A stretch of DNA of 64,000 bases from Octopus vulgaris. Lineage: Eukaryota. Shown here piece after piece: positions 1 through 14,594 of this stretch. Where the stretch lies: positions 11,718,001 through 11,782,000 of the forward strand of contig OX597832.1 of NCBI GenBank assembly GCA_951406725.2, read 5' to 3'. The translations under genes and the position numbers were made by a program. The notes under the pieces are model-generated. The model saw only the letters and a list, made by a program, of their open reading frames with translations, did no database searches and had not been told where the DNA came from. Numbering within the stretch: position 1 is the first letter of the stretch; each line of letters opens with the position of its first letter.

Positions 1-926
1 CCTGGACAGTCATTCCTCGAGATGGAATGACTTTGGTAGTTTCTTCGTTCTTTGTTTCTGCGGAGAAGGATTTTCTTTAGCATTTCTTTTAACAATTTTT
101 CACTCAACAAGTTATTGTTAAATGTAGGAAGTAATGTATTCGTTCTGGTTATCTAATCATTTACTGTCGATGAAAGAAGAAAATTAAAGATCAAATCTGG
201 TTTTTGATTGATATTGTTTTCTTTATGTCATTATTTCTTGTATCTATTAGACTAGTTAAACTTCTTCGTGGTTTTTGCAGTATTATTTTTTATTATGTTC
301 TATCGGTGTAGAGATGGTGTAGAGATGGCGTAGTATCGTTCTTGTTGTTGTTACTATTATTGTTATTGCTGTTGTTATTGTTTCCTTCTTTTTATTTTTC
401 TCTATTTTATTTTTTTTAATAATTTTTATCAACTTTGATCTGTTTTCTCTCAAACTTAAATTCCTACACAGAAGGACAAATGTTATGTAGCGATATAACC
501 CCGCCCCGTTTGACTTCCAATATTAAACCAGAATAGAAGACTAAAGAACGTGAAGTAAGATAAGGATAACTAAAGAGAGGAAATTGTAAGAGCAGATGTT
601 ACTGCTGATTGAGTAGATTGCTCAACATATTCTCGGCCTCTTGTTATTTAATTACTCCATCTTGACAATTGCTGTTTTGTCAGAGGGCAAGATAATTAAA
701 CTCTACAACGTCGAGTTAAACAAAGAACTAAATGTTTCTCATTAGGTTACATTATAATGGATCTTCAACACTTTAACTAAGCAGAACATATCACCACTCT
801 TCCACTTTATAAATTCAATAAATTTTGTGAAATTTTCACCCCATTTTTTGTGTAATGTTTTAACACTTACGTTACGCCCAAAAATCATTTTATAGAAGCA
901 GTAGCTGATTTTATTTCTCAATATTC

Positions 927-2894
927 AATAATAAAATTAAACTGAATGAAATACAATATGGGCGTTGAATTTGTGTGTTTTTATGATTACATAACTAGAG
1001 ATATTGACTTTAGATATGGAATATATTTCCAATACCAGTATTTCAAAATGAACCATGATGAAAGAATTTTATATCCCTTAACCTTTATTGGGTTTCTTCA
1101 GATAATCAACTCAATTTAATTGTTTTAAAGTTTTCGTCCGGAAGAAGTGGATATCCCAGTTACTTGAGAGAATAGTGACGTTGATAAATTTGACGCATCT
1201 TTCAAACAACTGCAAGAAAAATATGAGTACAAACGAAATGAAACCAGTTAGTTATGAGGGGTGAATCATTTACAGAGCGACAAAAAGAAAAGTAGAATGA
1301 ATAGGCAGTAAATCTTTGAACCAGATTTATTAGTAAAATATTTACAGTTTTTCAGGTACCATTTTACCTTTAAAATGCATCATCTTTTTATACAGTAATC
1401 AATGAACTACAAAGAGAAATAATAAAATTGTAGGAGTGAAACATGCAGATTTTCTTTTGAGAGCGACAAATAGACGTTCAATTCAGAATGTCATTCCAAC
1501 AGCATTGCATGGATTTTGCATTTACTAAATTTTACTCTCGAATCTATGGTAGATGGGGTGGCTGTGACAGATAAGCTCGCTCAGCTTGCTTATTATTGGA
1601 AATAAATATGAAATGTCTTAGTAACAACGATCATTTCAACGTTACTGCAAAGCATGCCCGAAAGGCATTCACTACAAAAATGTAAATCCAGATACATGCT
1701 TGTTATTTCCCAAAGACGTTTAAAGGGCTGAAGAGATAAAATTGATGATGTAGTTTCTGTGACCAATCAATTTAATTCAAGTCGAAGCCAGTAAGGCATC
1801 ACGATTTCTAAAGCTGACACCCTGCAATACTTGGCTGCAACCTGATTGAGAGCAGATCATCAGTGCTGGTTCGTCTTAGTACATTCATATATGTCATTTT
1901 CCGAACACAAAGCATGTTATTATCATGTATGAATAAACCTTTTTAAACGATGGTTACCGGTGATCCTCACCTATTTTGCGGAACGTTTGAGAGCCTTGAT
2001 AAAAAATAAGCTGGAACATTTTTAACGATTCACCTAGGTTTGGTACCATATGAATACTAGAATTTTGTGAGTTAATGTTACTGTTTTCTAGTCCTGGTAT
2101 ATCTGCAATTCAGATGATCGCATTCTACTACATCTAATTTATACCGTCTTAATATGATTGTCCAACTCAGTCATTTTAAGATGGTACAGCTTAATTTTAG
2201 CCAGATCTGGCTGGGGTTTTATTTTAGGAAACCGAACAATTTTATAGATGTTACTTTCAAGGTTTATTAGTAAAGTTTTAGTAAAATGTGAAAATGTTGA
2301 AGCGATGGGAATTCTAAAAAGCATTTAAATCTAAACAGAAATGTATACGCATATATAATTATGCATTTATTTAGGGAAAAAATACTTTTACAATAAACGA
2401 ATAATTTTGTGCTATCTAGCTAATGTGGATATTTAATTTATTAATTATTACCCCAAATTCATTCTGCATATTTGAATATACATTACGTAAGATTTTTATT
2501 AAATAACACCTCACTTTTAGATACAATATCTTTAGTTAACGAGGTGCTTATTAAATATGATTTAATTGAAAATTGTTTCATAATTTAATGCATTTAATTT
2601 CTATACATAAAGCATCGTTTGAAACAACTTATACTGCTTCAAACTCAACCAATGTGTAGATGGCGTGTGCAGAAAAGTTATTTTCAAGAGGTTTTGGATA
2701 ATTGGAAATTCGCACCTACTTATAACACATATTCATGCAAAATAAAATTATTGATTTCAAGATTTTAGAATAATAAAATTAAACTGAATGAAATATAATA
2801 TGGGCGTTGAATTTGTGTAAGTGTTTTATGATTACATAACTAGAGATATTGACTTTAGATATGGAATAAATTTCCAATACCAGTATTTCGAAAT
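927..2894 (+). repeat. ~123-bp dispersed direct repeat (927-1049 and 2769-2894)
   Basis: AATAATAAAATTAAACTGAATGAAAT...GGGCGTTGAATTTGTGT...GATATTGACTTTAGATATGGAAT...CCAGTATTTC occurs twice, ~1.84 kb apart, with few differences. Confidence 0.9.
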
Positions 2895-2995
2895 TTTACA
2901 ATATAGAGAAAAATGTTAAATACGCGAACATTAGAGGATTAAGAAAGAAAAAAAGTGGACAAATCGTATATTTCTTCACATTTTTGTATACGTGA

Positions 2996-3590
2996 TAATT
3001 TTTTAGTTAGAATATTTACTAATTCACTACCTTCTTTTGGTCATGTTATCAGATCAACCCATGATACAAAACATGGAAATGTTATCGAAAAATACTTCTC
3101 ATACATCTTCTATCCTTTAGTCACTCTTGTGTGATAGTTTTTGATTGTTCCTATAACTGCTACACAGAAGCTAATCTCCATTAATATCATTGGCTTACTG
3201 TTTAAAAAAATGAAACAAATGCATTCAATTATGTTGCTCTAGAAATACTCAACTACATAGACGAGATAATTACAGCTAGAGTACATTTGGTCGTATCTCT
3301 AATTTTTTAGTTACAATATTTTCTAATTTACTAATTTCTTTCTGTCATGTTATCAGATTAAACCATGATGCAAAAAATAGGTGATTTTATCGGAACGTAC
3401 CTCCACATACATCTAGTATAGTTACTCCGGTGTGACAGTTCTTCATTGTTCCTATAACTGCTACAGAGAAGCTGATCTCCGTTAGATCTATTCCTGTAAT
3501 GTTTAAAAAAATGAAAAAATACATTTTATTCTGTTGCCCTAGACATAAATTTATCTGCAAAGACGAGATAATCACAGCTGCGGTAAATTT
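2996..3590 (+). repeat. Diverged ~304-bp tandem duplication (2996-3299 / 3300-3590)
   Basis: Both units share TAATTTTTTAGTTA, GTCATGTTATCAGAT, TTGTTCCTATAACTGCTACA.AGAAGCT.ATCTCC and AGACGAGATAAT.ACAGCT. Confidence 0.9.
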
Positions 3591-5057
3591 AGTAAATCCC
3601 AATTTTTGACACTATCACTTCGATCAGTGAAGCCATTAGCAAAGTCTACAATGTTGCAGGTATTCGAGCTGTGACTCCTCTCAGAGGAATATAATATATT
3701 TCCTCCTTCCCAACTACCGAGGATGCCCTAGGAAAGATCAAGTGAGTTTAACTTTTCTTCTCTCAGTAGGCAGTTAAAAATCTGTGGCTGAACTCCAGAT
3801 TGGCGTTGAACAAAACAATATTATCTAAAAAAAAAAAAACACATTGCCCTAAGACATGGTGCAATGTTAATTGTCTGACGTTACCTTCATTTACTTACTT
3901 CAATCACAAGAAATAATATCAAGTTGCCAATGATAATCAGCATGCATAAGAAGTATATGAACAAGGGCAGGAAGTCTCTTAAAATAATTGAATATTTCTC
4001 CCACAAAAGGTCTACCATATATCATGAAGCAAAGTTCTTTTAACAATCGTTTTCAGTGCTATTTCAGCATTGTTAGAAAAAAGGATTAATTAGTTTCGTT
4101 TTTTTTTTTCAAGTTATTTATTATTATTTTTGTTGCTTTTGTCTCCTTAGTAAATGGACTATTTTTATGCAGTTCATCATCTAGACCCTTTAGTATATAT
4201 TTTTATATTTATTTCCCTGTTATTTCCCTGGCCATTATTCATTTCTTCGTGCCTCGTAACTTGTATCTCTTTAGCTTTCGCCCACATTTTGTTAATTTAC
4301 ATTTCTGGTGAAAAATGTGTTTTTTCAGCGATTCTTTTCTTTAATGAAATTATATTTTCTGATAGCATTGCTAATCAATGAACATGTCTTTTATTTTTTT
4401 TTCTTTCTGTATTTCGAAAAATGTGTCTGACAACTCGGCTTCAATTGGTATAATTTGTTAAGAAATCCCAATAGATGGTGTCTTTGTTTTCAATGTTGTT
4501 GCATTTTGGTGAAAGTCATGTTCGCCTATTATTTTTCTGTTTAATGAATATGTGCATTAGAAGTGCACTAGAAGAGTTACATGCATGTGATGACAGATTG
4601 TAATGTTCACACTAACTCTACAGGAATAAATAATTAACCACGATTTGATAAATTATCGATTCAAGATCAATGATCGAGTGTACTCCCACCGTGACCACCC
4701 CGTTATCTTTTGAATCCTATAATTCTTGAAAACTGTATTGTTGCTATATTTTAACATCTGTTTATCACTGATCAGGCCAGGCTATGATTAAAGACATTCC
4801 ACTCCCAGCTAATCTGTTTTGTTTTTTGTCAAGTGTATCTAGGACTACAGAGCAGCGGGTGAACTATACCACTCAAAAGCAGGAAATCTAGAAAAAGACA
4901 TGCTTGATTCAATATCGTGGGGTCGAAAATATACTGTGGTATAAAGCTACGTCCCTGCATGCTTTAAGTTTAAATCTCACAAAGTCTCGTTAATAACATA
5001 CTTAAAAGTTAATTTTTGAAACATGTATATTTTCTATACATATTTGTTTCGCAACTA

Positions 5058-5270
5058 GACACAAGGCCAGCAATTTCGGGAGGGAGGTTATGTAGATAAC
5101 ATTGACATCTCAACACCACCATTAATGTTCGACTGGTACATATTTTATCCTCTGTTAAAAGAGGATGAGTAAAGCCGATGCCGGCAGCATTTGTACTGAG
5201 ATTGTAAAGATAGACGAAATACCGCCAAGCATTGTCCTCGGCGCTTTAACGATTCTGCTTGGTCACCGCC
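5058..5270 (-). mobile_element. tRNA-derived SINE, family C (Nin/Deu-like core), diverged
   Basis: Similar along its length to the well-preserved copy at 57257-57681 (GACACAAGGCCAGCAATTT...GACTGGTAC..ATTTTATC...ACGAAATACCGCCAAGCATT). Confidence 0.75.
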
Positions 5271-7202
5271 GTATATATTCCAATTAATATTACGAGAAAT
5301 AGAATTATATTTAGTGAGCTTTTACGTTAGTAGTAATAAAATAATTTTACAAAATTATCGATGAACTGTCCATTTCTTTAAGGAATGGAAAAAAATTGAA
5401 CGAGAGAATAGCAATACCTTGTTATCTGACGAACAATAAAGAAAAAGAAAAAGCTCAACCAAACAAACCAGAGTTGATGTCTGTAGACTGCCCCATGTGC
5501 ACCACAGAATTTTAGAACACATATATTAGTCTCTGGAAGTATGATTGATATGGTTATAAAGAAATCAACATCAATAGCATATTGAAATAACTGTCTATAT
5601 GTCTATCTGCTTTCGTGAAATATTGAAATTTTTATTAATTCACATTTTAAAATACACATATGCATATTTCATCAAAACATGGAGAAAATTTGAGAAGTTT
5701 TGGCTTAGAATCTTCGTATTATCAACGGAGTGTGTTTCCCCCGCTTCTCTCAAACAGCGCCCAAGCTGTGACTAACCAACAAAATATATTGGATTATGGA
5801 TATGATACATATCTTTATCTTGCTTAAATAATATTGTTTTGTTTCACTATCTTTCCGCTAAAGAATATTTTAAAGGTTTCTCATATTATATATCATGAAA
5901 ATGTTGGATATGAAATACAGAAAATTCGCATTAATGGTTTTCAATAACGGCCTTGTTGACGCCATAGTTTGAAATAAGATATGGTGTTAAATAGCACAAC
6001 AACCACAATTTAATGTTTCATCCGAATGAAACAAGATATTTTCTGAGTTGTTGCTAAGCAACCAAGTTAGTGAGTGACTGGACTGCTTTTATAATATAAT
6101 CTCTCTGCATTTTATATCGTCAATATCAAGAATTACGTCGTTTATGAAGTTCATAGAAAATGTTTAACTAATCGGATATGCTTATCAGCCAAAAGCGGAG
6201 GCTCTATGTACTTGCTGAAAGCAAGAAATATAGTAGTCAAATGCCTTCAAATGGCTTGCGACCTTTTAAAGATGGTAGAAAAGAGGATAAATTTTCTCTT
6301 AAAATCACAAAGCCTAAAGACACCTAAAGATGTTTATCAAACTGATAGATCTGCTTTGGTTTAGATTTGCTAAGAAAACACAAGGACAACGGATATGCCT
6401 AAACAAAAATGGCTATAAAACACTATATGTTAATATTCACGTAATTTCATTTCAAAAGTTAATAGATTTTTAATTAGACACTATTTATTATTTCCGTCGT
6501 TAAATCTATACATCCGTTATAAATCCTGGAGAGGTGTCTTTTTTGTGTGTGTGACAGGAAGAGGTATGAGAAATCAGAATGTACGAAACCCGTGCAGACG
6601 ATGCAAATATATTTTCCAACAGTCTAACAATAATAATATCACAAATCTTTCAGCGTTGAAGATCTCTCTCGCTCTCTCTCTCTCTCATTCACTCGCTCAC
6701 TCGCTCTGTCTGTCTTTCTCTCTCTCTCTCGCTATATATATATATAAATGTTTATATATAAAACAATCCATAAGAAGAATGGCCCACTTAATATGCTAAA
6801 GAAAATATACAAAATAAAACGATTGTCTACGTATCATGATTTCTTTGTTAACACTTGCACAATGCAAAATGCAAAACGCAAATATCTGCAACTCTTCAGC
6901 GTAGTCTGTCGCATTACAAAACTTATTTAACAGAACTATACACAGAAACGTTCGCCCGAAAGAAAATGCATGTACAGTTCTGCAAAATATATTTGGGCTT
7001 ATCTTTCAAGTGTCTTCATTTTGGCGCGTTGTGGCCGGAAATAACCCTGCAGATAATAAATAACCGCAGCTAATTTACCGGTTATAGAACATAGCTATTT
7101 TAGATTAAATAATGAGGGTAAAAATTAATATCAATTAATTAACATCAATTTAAACCAGTGCTCTAGCATATTTAAAAAAATATATACTCGTTTTTATCAA
7201 TA

Positions 7203-8138
7203 TATTGGGTTTGCAAGAAAGTAATTTCGGTTTTATTTAGTGTGAAATAAGAATCATTTGGTTTTCATACCGAGAATGAATTTTAATCATCTATATATTT
7301 TCCATTTTGTTTCATGAGCTTTTTCCATCTTTCTGGCAACTTCATGGTCCTTATCAGCCAAAAACTGAAACAAGTGCGATTTCAGGCCATCGGGACTATT
7401 GAAATTCAAAGAATTTTGCAAACTTCGAAATAGATTGTAATCTGGTGGTGCAAGGCTAGAGCTATATGGTGGATGTGTCATCACTTTCCAACCAAGCTCC
7501 AACAATTTTTCACCAGTTAGCAAAGACGTGTGTGGTCTAGAGTTGTCATGGAGGAACCCGATTCCTTTACGATTTGCCAATTCTTGCCATTTTTCTTTGA
7601 TTGCTTCCTCTAGTTTTATTAGCTGTTGACAGTAAACATCTGAATTGATCATTTGGTTCCATGGAAGAAGCCAAAATACACAAAACTTTTGTAATACCAC
7701 CAAATTTTTATATGACAATCAGATTCAATTATGGCTTTTATTCGATCATCATCAATTTCTGTAGGTCGACAAGAATGTTAATCATCTTTGAATGAAAAAT
7801 CTCCAGAACGGAACTTTTAAAACCATTTATGACTTGCGCGTTCTTTTTAGGGATCACCACCATACACTTCACAAATCTCCTTGTGAGCCCCAGCAGCTTT
7901 CTTGCCATTTTGGAAATAAAAAAGCAAAATGTGGAGAAAATGTTCGTTTTGCATGTCATGTTAAAATTGACACTGAACTAACAGCTGTAAACAAAATTAC
8001 GCGCAATTTGCTTCTAAAGTAAGCTAAAATATAACGGCTATTAAATGTCAAAATGAAAAAAAATCTTATTGATAATAGTAATTTAAAAGTCGCAACTCTA
8101 TTTGCGAAAAATGAAGCTACTTTCTTGCCAACTCAATA
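7203..8138 (-). mobile_element. mariner transposon (mellifera-subfamily-like), internally deleted, non-autonomous
   Basis: Imperfect ~30-bp TIRs: TATTGGGTTTGCAAGAAAGTAATTTC at the left and, as reverse complement, TATTGAGTTGGCAAGAAAGTAGCTTC at the right. TA flanks both ends. Transposase remnants lie inside. Confidence 0.93.
7283..7959 (-). pseudogene. mariner D,D34D transposase pseudogene
   Basis: N-terminal EHFLHILLFYFQNGKKAAGAHKEICEVYG...KFRSGDFS...RPTEIDDDRIKAIIESD (frameshift, stops) is joined to INSDVYCQQL...HDNSRPH...HPPYSSSLAPPDY, with 34 residues between the last two Asp. The WVPHEL linker and first Asp are deleted. Confidence 0.92.
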
Positions 8139-8794
8139 TATCATTTAAAGAAGTTCATTGTCAAAGAGAAATATGTCAGCATTTAATTTAAGACACCAAA
8201 ACTAATACGAGCTGACCTACTTTTTAATTGATTTATCTATGTAGTATAGAAATCGTTCATTGTTAAGATTTTTATGATTTCCCAACTGAAAACGCATTTG
8301 TTACCAAGAATTCCCTTATCAAAGTTAAAGGTTACCATGTAATTAAATTCTGTTGGCTAAATATTTAAGAATTCAGATTAAAAGCAGCGGTGCCAGCATT
8401 TGCACCTCTTTGATCAGTCAATTATTTAGGGAACCAATGTCTGACATGTTGAATGAAGACCAGCGCATCTGTAGAAATTTCTCGTTCCTGTTGGTTTGAA
8501 TTTAATGAAACGAAAAATTTACGTAGAATCGCTGGGCTGATGTTCAAATATACCAGCAATGCAGTTTTCAAGAACTATGTATGTGTGTGCGCGCGCGTAG
8601 CTTGAATTTCATACGTTTGTCATTCGGGTCAGCTTGTCTGACATATGCGACGTTCAAAATGTCTACCGGAGTTTTCGCCTTCTATTGGTCACATGGTGTT
8701 GTGATACTAGTGTTGAAATGCCAGTGACCTCAAATTTATAAGATAGAAATACAGACACACATACACAAACATATATATATTATATGTGTGTGTA

Positions 8795-8826
<32 letters not shown>

Positions 8827-9476
8827 TTGTGTGTGTACAGACAGAAAGGTAGAAATATAGATACATATACATACTTTAATATGCCAGGCTTTCATACATT
8901 GCTGTCTCCTGTTTCACTCAAAAGGCTTTGGTTGACACCGCGTCTATGACGGATCATTTTCCTTCAGTGAAATGAGAAACGTTATTAAGCATGTTGATTG
9001 AAGCTATAGTTCAGACCAGGTCGTGTATGCTTACGAAACGAGTTTTTGCTATGAAGGATCACTGTGTTTTTCTTTTATTAGAAATCAGCTCCAGAATGCT
9101 ATATTTCTTCAAGTGATTCAAAGGAGAATTTCCTTTCTGGCAAGTAGTAACACTATTTTTATGAAATTCGTGTGTAAGTAGACGCAGTTATCTTCATGTT
9201 TAAATTGGCCCCAAATTTGCAAAAGTGATCGCACTTTATATTAATTAACAAATGTACCATTAGCGTAGTTCTAAGATAAAATCTCGTAATACATTGTGGT
9301 GAGAAGTCTGTACCTTTAGAACTACTGATTCTTTTGAGTTTCTGTATAGTTTCCATGTGCTACTTTCATTCATACGGCATAGGTTGACCTGAAATTATAG
9401 AAAATTGCCCGTGGCCAAGCTGCTGCGCAATGGAATAAAATACTGAACCTCGTGGTTGAGAAGCGACCTTATAAAC

Positions 9477-9750
9477 GAGTGGTTTCCAAGGCAGCCGGTA
9501 GTGCCCCCTTGAAGGTGGTAGAAAGATCCAGGGCTTGGGCGTCGAAGAAAAGTATGGTGATAACGGGCTGGGCCAAAGTGGTTTGGAGGCGAGAATGTAA
9601 GATCAACATGTAAAATGGCTTAAATATGTTGTTTATTTGCGAAATACTGTTGCATTGAAATTGCTGCTGAAAGTGGTCAGTGTCTGTAGTGGTGAGTGCT
9701 AAGGGCGGAAAACGGTCTGAGTGCCAAGGAGGAAGCAGCTTGAGCCAATG
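9477..9750. mobile_element. hAT (Buster/Charlie-type) MITE nested in a SINE remnant
   Basis: Degenerate TIRs GAGTGGTTTCCAA / TTGAGCCAATG (cf. CAGTGGTTCCCAA). 8-bp TSD TTATAAAC (9469-9476) / TTTTAAAC (9751-9758) has the central TA typical of Buster elements. Confidence 0.6.
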
Positions 9751-10141
9751 TTTTAAACAATACATGTCTTTCGCTCTTAGATATAAATACACCTCCAGAT
9801 GCGTATGTATATATTGACAGACATAATTTCTTGCTAGATATTTAATAGAAATCTGCCTAAATTTTATCACTTCAACATCCTAATAAAATAATTTCCCTCC
9901 TTTAGTGGTATTATCGAGAAAAAAATGAATGGAGTGACATACATTGGAGCAATAACTTATATCTAAAAACTAAAATAAAAAAAGATATGAAAATATCGCA
10001 AATGTGTTTAAGTAAATTGTTCAGTGAAAGAAATCGAAATTGTTTTGAGGATTAGATTAGATTAAATCGTCTTCTTAAGAGGTAAGATTAAATGGGAATG
10101 CTCATATGTGTGTGTGTGTGTGTGTGAGTGGGCGTGTTTGT

Positions 10142-10177
<36 letters not shown>

Positions 10178-10313
10178 GAGCATGTCTTGTTTACACACAT
10201 ACATATTAAGGTTTTACAAATAACTCGCTGAATTCCCGATGTAGGCTGCACATCTATTCGTTCAAACACTGGAATACAGTCACAAAAGCAATACACACAC
10301 ACACACACACACA

Positions 10314-10359
<46 letters not shown>

Positions 10360-11104
10360 TGATAGATGACAGGTGTATCTCTAAAAAGCTAAAGAATGCT
10401 GATTCAGTCGGGCAAATTTTAACATACAGGAGCGGCAACATTTTCTAACTTACACATCCGAAGAAATTCAATTTACAATTATTGACTAAGCATAAACGTA
10501 CGCGAGAGCCCAATGTGCTTCCCATTCATCTCATAGTATGTCCCAGCAATTTAAGTATACTCTTTCCACTCCTCATAACCGTTATGCATCACCAAATATT
10601 GGTGCACTGACTCATCACTCTTCTATTCTCTTCACTCCTTGCCACACATCTACCCTTCATTTCTTCCTGTTGATTTTTCTCTATTTTACTTTTTCCCACT
10701 TTACTGTTCTCCCCACTGATTTCTTATCTTCCTCTCTTCTATCCTATTCACGAAGAGCTGCAGAGACCATACTTAGCTCTCCAGATTGTGTGCCGTTGTT
10801 TTATAATATAAAGATGATAAGCGTTTTGCAGATGGATTATTATGCCAATAATGCTCTCTCAGTTTATTCCGCCTTGCAGAAAAGTACAGTGCCAAGTCGA
10901 TACATACCCATTCAATCATAGAAAGAAAGTATTATCCACAACAGTTTACCACTCAATTATATCTTTTTGTTTCGGAACTTATGCCGGGAATTATAATCAT
11001 GGATTTTAGCTACTTTTAACTATTTTGCATACATAATATCCCAACAGATATTAGAAATATCATATTACCTGAGCTATAGAATTTACCTATATATTCTTGA
11101 ATAG

Positions 11105-11403
11105 GTGGAAGTGCAATGGCCCAGTTTTTAGTGCAGCAGACTCGCGGCTGTAAGATCGGGTTTCGATTCCCAGACCGGGCGTTGTGAGTGTTTATTTAGC
11201 GAAAACCCCGAAAAAGCTCCACGAGGGGGTGACGATCCATGCTGTACTCTTTCGCCACAACTTTCTCTCACTCTTTCTTCTGTAGGCCTGCTCGCTTAGC
11301 TAGCGGGGAGGCGTCATTTGAAGGCTAAAACAATGCGTAGCGCTTTGTGACCAGCGATGTGTAGCAACATCTGATAGCCTTGTCGATCACGGTGATCACG
11401 GCA
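11105..11403 (+). mobile_element. tRNA-derived SINE, family A head with tail type 1
   Basis: A-box/B-box head GCAATGGCCCAGT...GGGTTTCGATTCCCAGACCGGGCG. Perfect 12-bp TSD ATTCTTGAATAG (11093-11104, 11404-11415). Confidence 0.9.
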
Positions 11404-12206
11404 ATTCTTGAATAGAATCGCTGCATTTTGATATAATGTTTGGTCCCATCGTTTGTCATATAGATTCATTCCGCCGACTTATCTCTCAAAAAGCCGAGTT
11501 TTGTCGCAAATCTGGACGCATTTAAGATTATGTACAGGTGTTGCAAGATGTAAATTACACATAGTATAAAGATTTAATGCCATACACCATTTATATAGTA
11601 TTCGTTCCGCCTTTAAGATAGGCCCGTAGTTTTCAACGTTTCATATGGTTTGCGTTCCTAACTGATTATATGAAGAAACCCGTGCCCTTTTGCATGTTAA
11701 TTTACGAAGTGTTTATGGACATTAGAGAAAGATGATTATGATGCGACAACGTGCATCAAACGATTGTTTTAAATATATAAATGAAGTACTTGCAAGTACT
11801 TGCTTTCATTCGATATTTAATCTAAATATTTAACACATTACAAATAGGCCATTTAAAATCCTATTTTATAAATCTCGAGTGAATTGACGATGGACGCAGA
11901 AGAGCTACTGCTAAAGCCAGTGCGGACCCATAAACCAGTGAGTCACCCCTTTGGCTCTGCTCGATATTCGTGTCGAGCTTATACGTACATGCATACACAC
12001 ACATACACACACTCTCTCATGTACGCCATTTTTCATCTTCATATCATGAAAAAGCAGATTTGCAGGAAATTTGAGGCTAAAATACACGCTCTTCTCCAAC
12101 ATATTGATTTTTAAAAAAATAGAATAACGCTGCCTTTAAAGCTTAAACGTAGAAATATATTGATAATCATCGGATATTAAATTGTGCGCAGAAGCACCAA
12201 CACGCA

Positions 12207-12892
<686 letters not shown>

Positions 12893-13074
12893 ACATGTAT
12901 ATTTATGCGCATATACTTGTATGCATCCACACACACGCTTTCGCAAAAACATAACCCTAAATATGCAGAGTCATGTGTGTTTGCGTAGCGGGCACATGTG
13001 TATATGTTTATTTATTTATTTTGATATTCCTTAAATTATTTTCTTATTTTCAATTATTCGTTTTGGCGTTATTT

Positions 13075-13165
13075 ATCATTTTTATTATTATTATTATTAT
13101 TGTTATTATTATTATTATTCTTATTATTATTATCATTATTATTATTATCATTATTATCATTATTA

Positions 13166-13202
<37 letters not shown>

Positions 13203-13390
13203 CATTATTATTATTATTATTATTATTATCATTATTATTATTATTTTTCTCATTATTATTATTATTATCTTTAGTCGTTTGATTCTTCTGCTTCTTCTCA
13301 TTATTATTGTTATTATTATTATTAGTATTATTATTAGTAGTAGTAGTAGTAGTAGTAGACGCAGAAGCTGTTGTTGCTGGTGGTGGTGGT
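13075..13390. repeat. Compound (ATT/ATC)n-(AGT)n-(GGT)n microsatellite
   Basis: Seen directly. Confidence 0.95.
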
Positions 13391-14519
13391 TTCTGAGGTT
13401 TGCTTCATGCTACGATCATTTATCGTTTGTGTTTGTATTTTTGCTAACTTTCACTTCATGACTTCAAAGCACACCAGAAATTGCAATATACTCTTTCTTA
13501 AGGCAGTACATATTTTTTTCCTACTTTGTGTTAATAATTTGTAGTCGATAAATATGAGTGAAGTAAGCCACCACGGTGTATTTCTTCAATCGTGATTCTC
13601 ACTTAAGATGTTCCACATATCGCACTTAAAGGTTGACTTTTAAACTCTTTATATTTTAAGGCTGCTTCTTTGCCTTCTGAAGCCACACCAATATATATAT
13701 ATATATATATATGATGAATATGAAACATAGATAGATAGATAGGTAGTTAAGTAGGTAGATAGATAGATAGACGCATAGAAAACGGACGCACACACATGTA
13801 CACACAGAGAGGCCCATAAACACACACCACACAAATATAGCAGTACAAACAATATCATGTTGATATTTTCCTGGGGGTTCGTCTTAAAATTTTTTATCTG
13901 TGTATGAGCTGTATGTTGCCTTTCAATTGGTAACTGCATTAAAAATTATCTTAAATATAATAAAATTCAAGGAATATTGGAAATGTTATATATTCATGAA
14001 CACTATAGTCCTTTTTTTGTAAAAGGGAGGTTAAAAGAATTGCTGCTAAAGGAGAGAAACCATTCTTGTCATAGATTATGTATATTTCTCCCAGGAATAC
14101 TTTACGTAATATTATATTTCCTGTAGATTTGATTGAAAGCATTTAATCATATAGTGACTTCAATTCGCTGACTTCTAAATTGATCTATAAACTATTTCCT
14201 GGAGATAAAATTAAAAATCAAACATAAGAATTTTCTAAAATGTGTTTTTATTTATTATATAAATGTATACAAACGTAACATACTGCTATGAAAAGAAGGA
14301 TTATAATCTGATAGTGTCAATGGTGTGTGTATATATATTGAAGACATTTTCACCATTTATTAGTTCCGAACCTTCTTTAATTAAATATTGGGGTAAGGGT
14401 AGAATTCATTCGATTCATTTCATTTTATTGCCATGTAGAATAAAGAGAAGTTTTCTACTTCGTTTTCTGCAATATCAGTAGGTGTATATATAAGCATACA
14501 TACATACATACATATACAC

Positions 14520-14594
<75 letters not shown>

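Noticed and set aside
2139-2324. Minus-strand exon-like ORF with a faint LRR flavour and a possible spliced partner at ~3400-3494
   Set aside because: Splice signals are ordinary for AT-rich DNA, and the joined translation gives no recognisable protein.
927-2894. LTR retrotransposon bounded by the 123-bp direct repeats
   Set aside because: No TG...CA ends, PBS, PPT, TSD or gag/pol motifs seen.
7287-7718. SETMAR-like host gene
   Set aside because: No SET domain; it lies between mariner TIRs and is deleted and frameshifted.
12973-13461. Poly-Ile/Leu 'membrane protein' ORFs (also 41.4, 42.4, 56.0 and 58.6 kb)
   Set aside because: Trinucleotide microsatellites.
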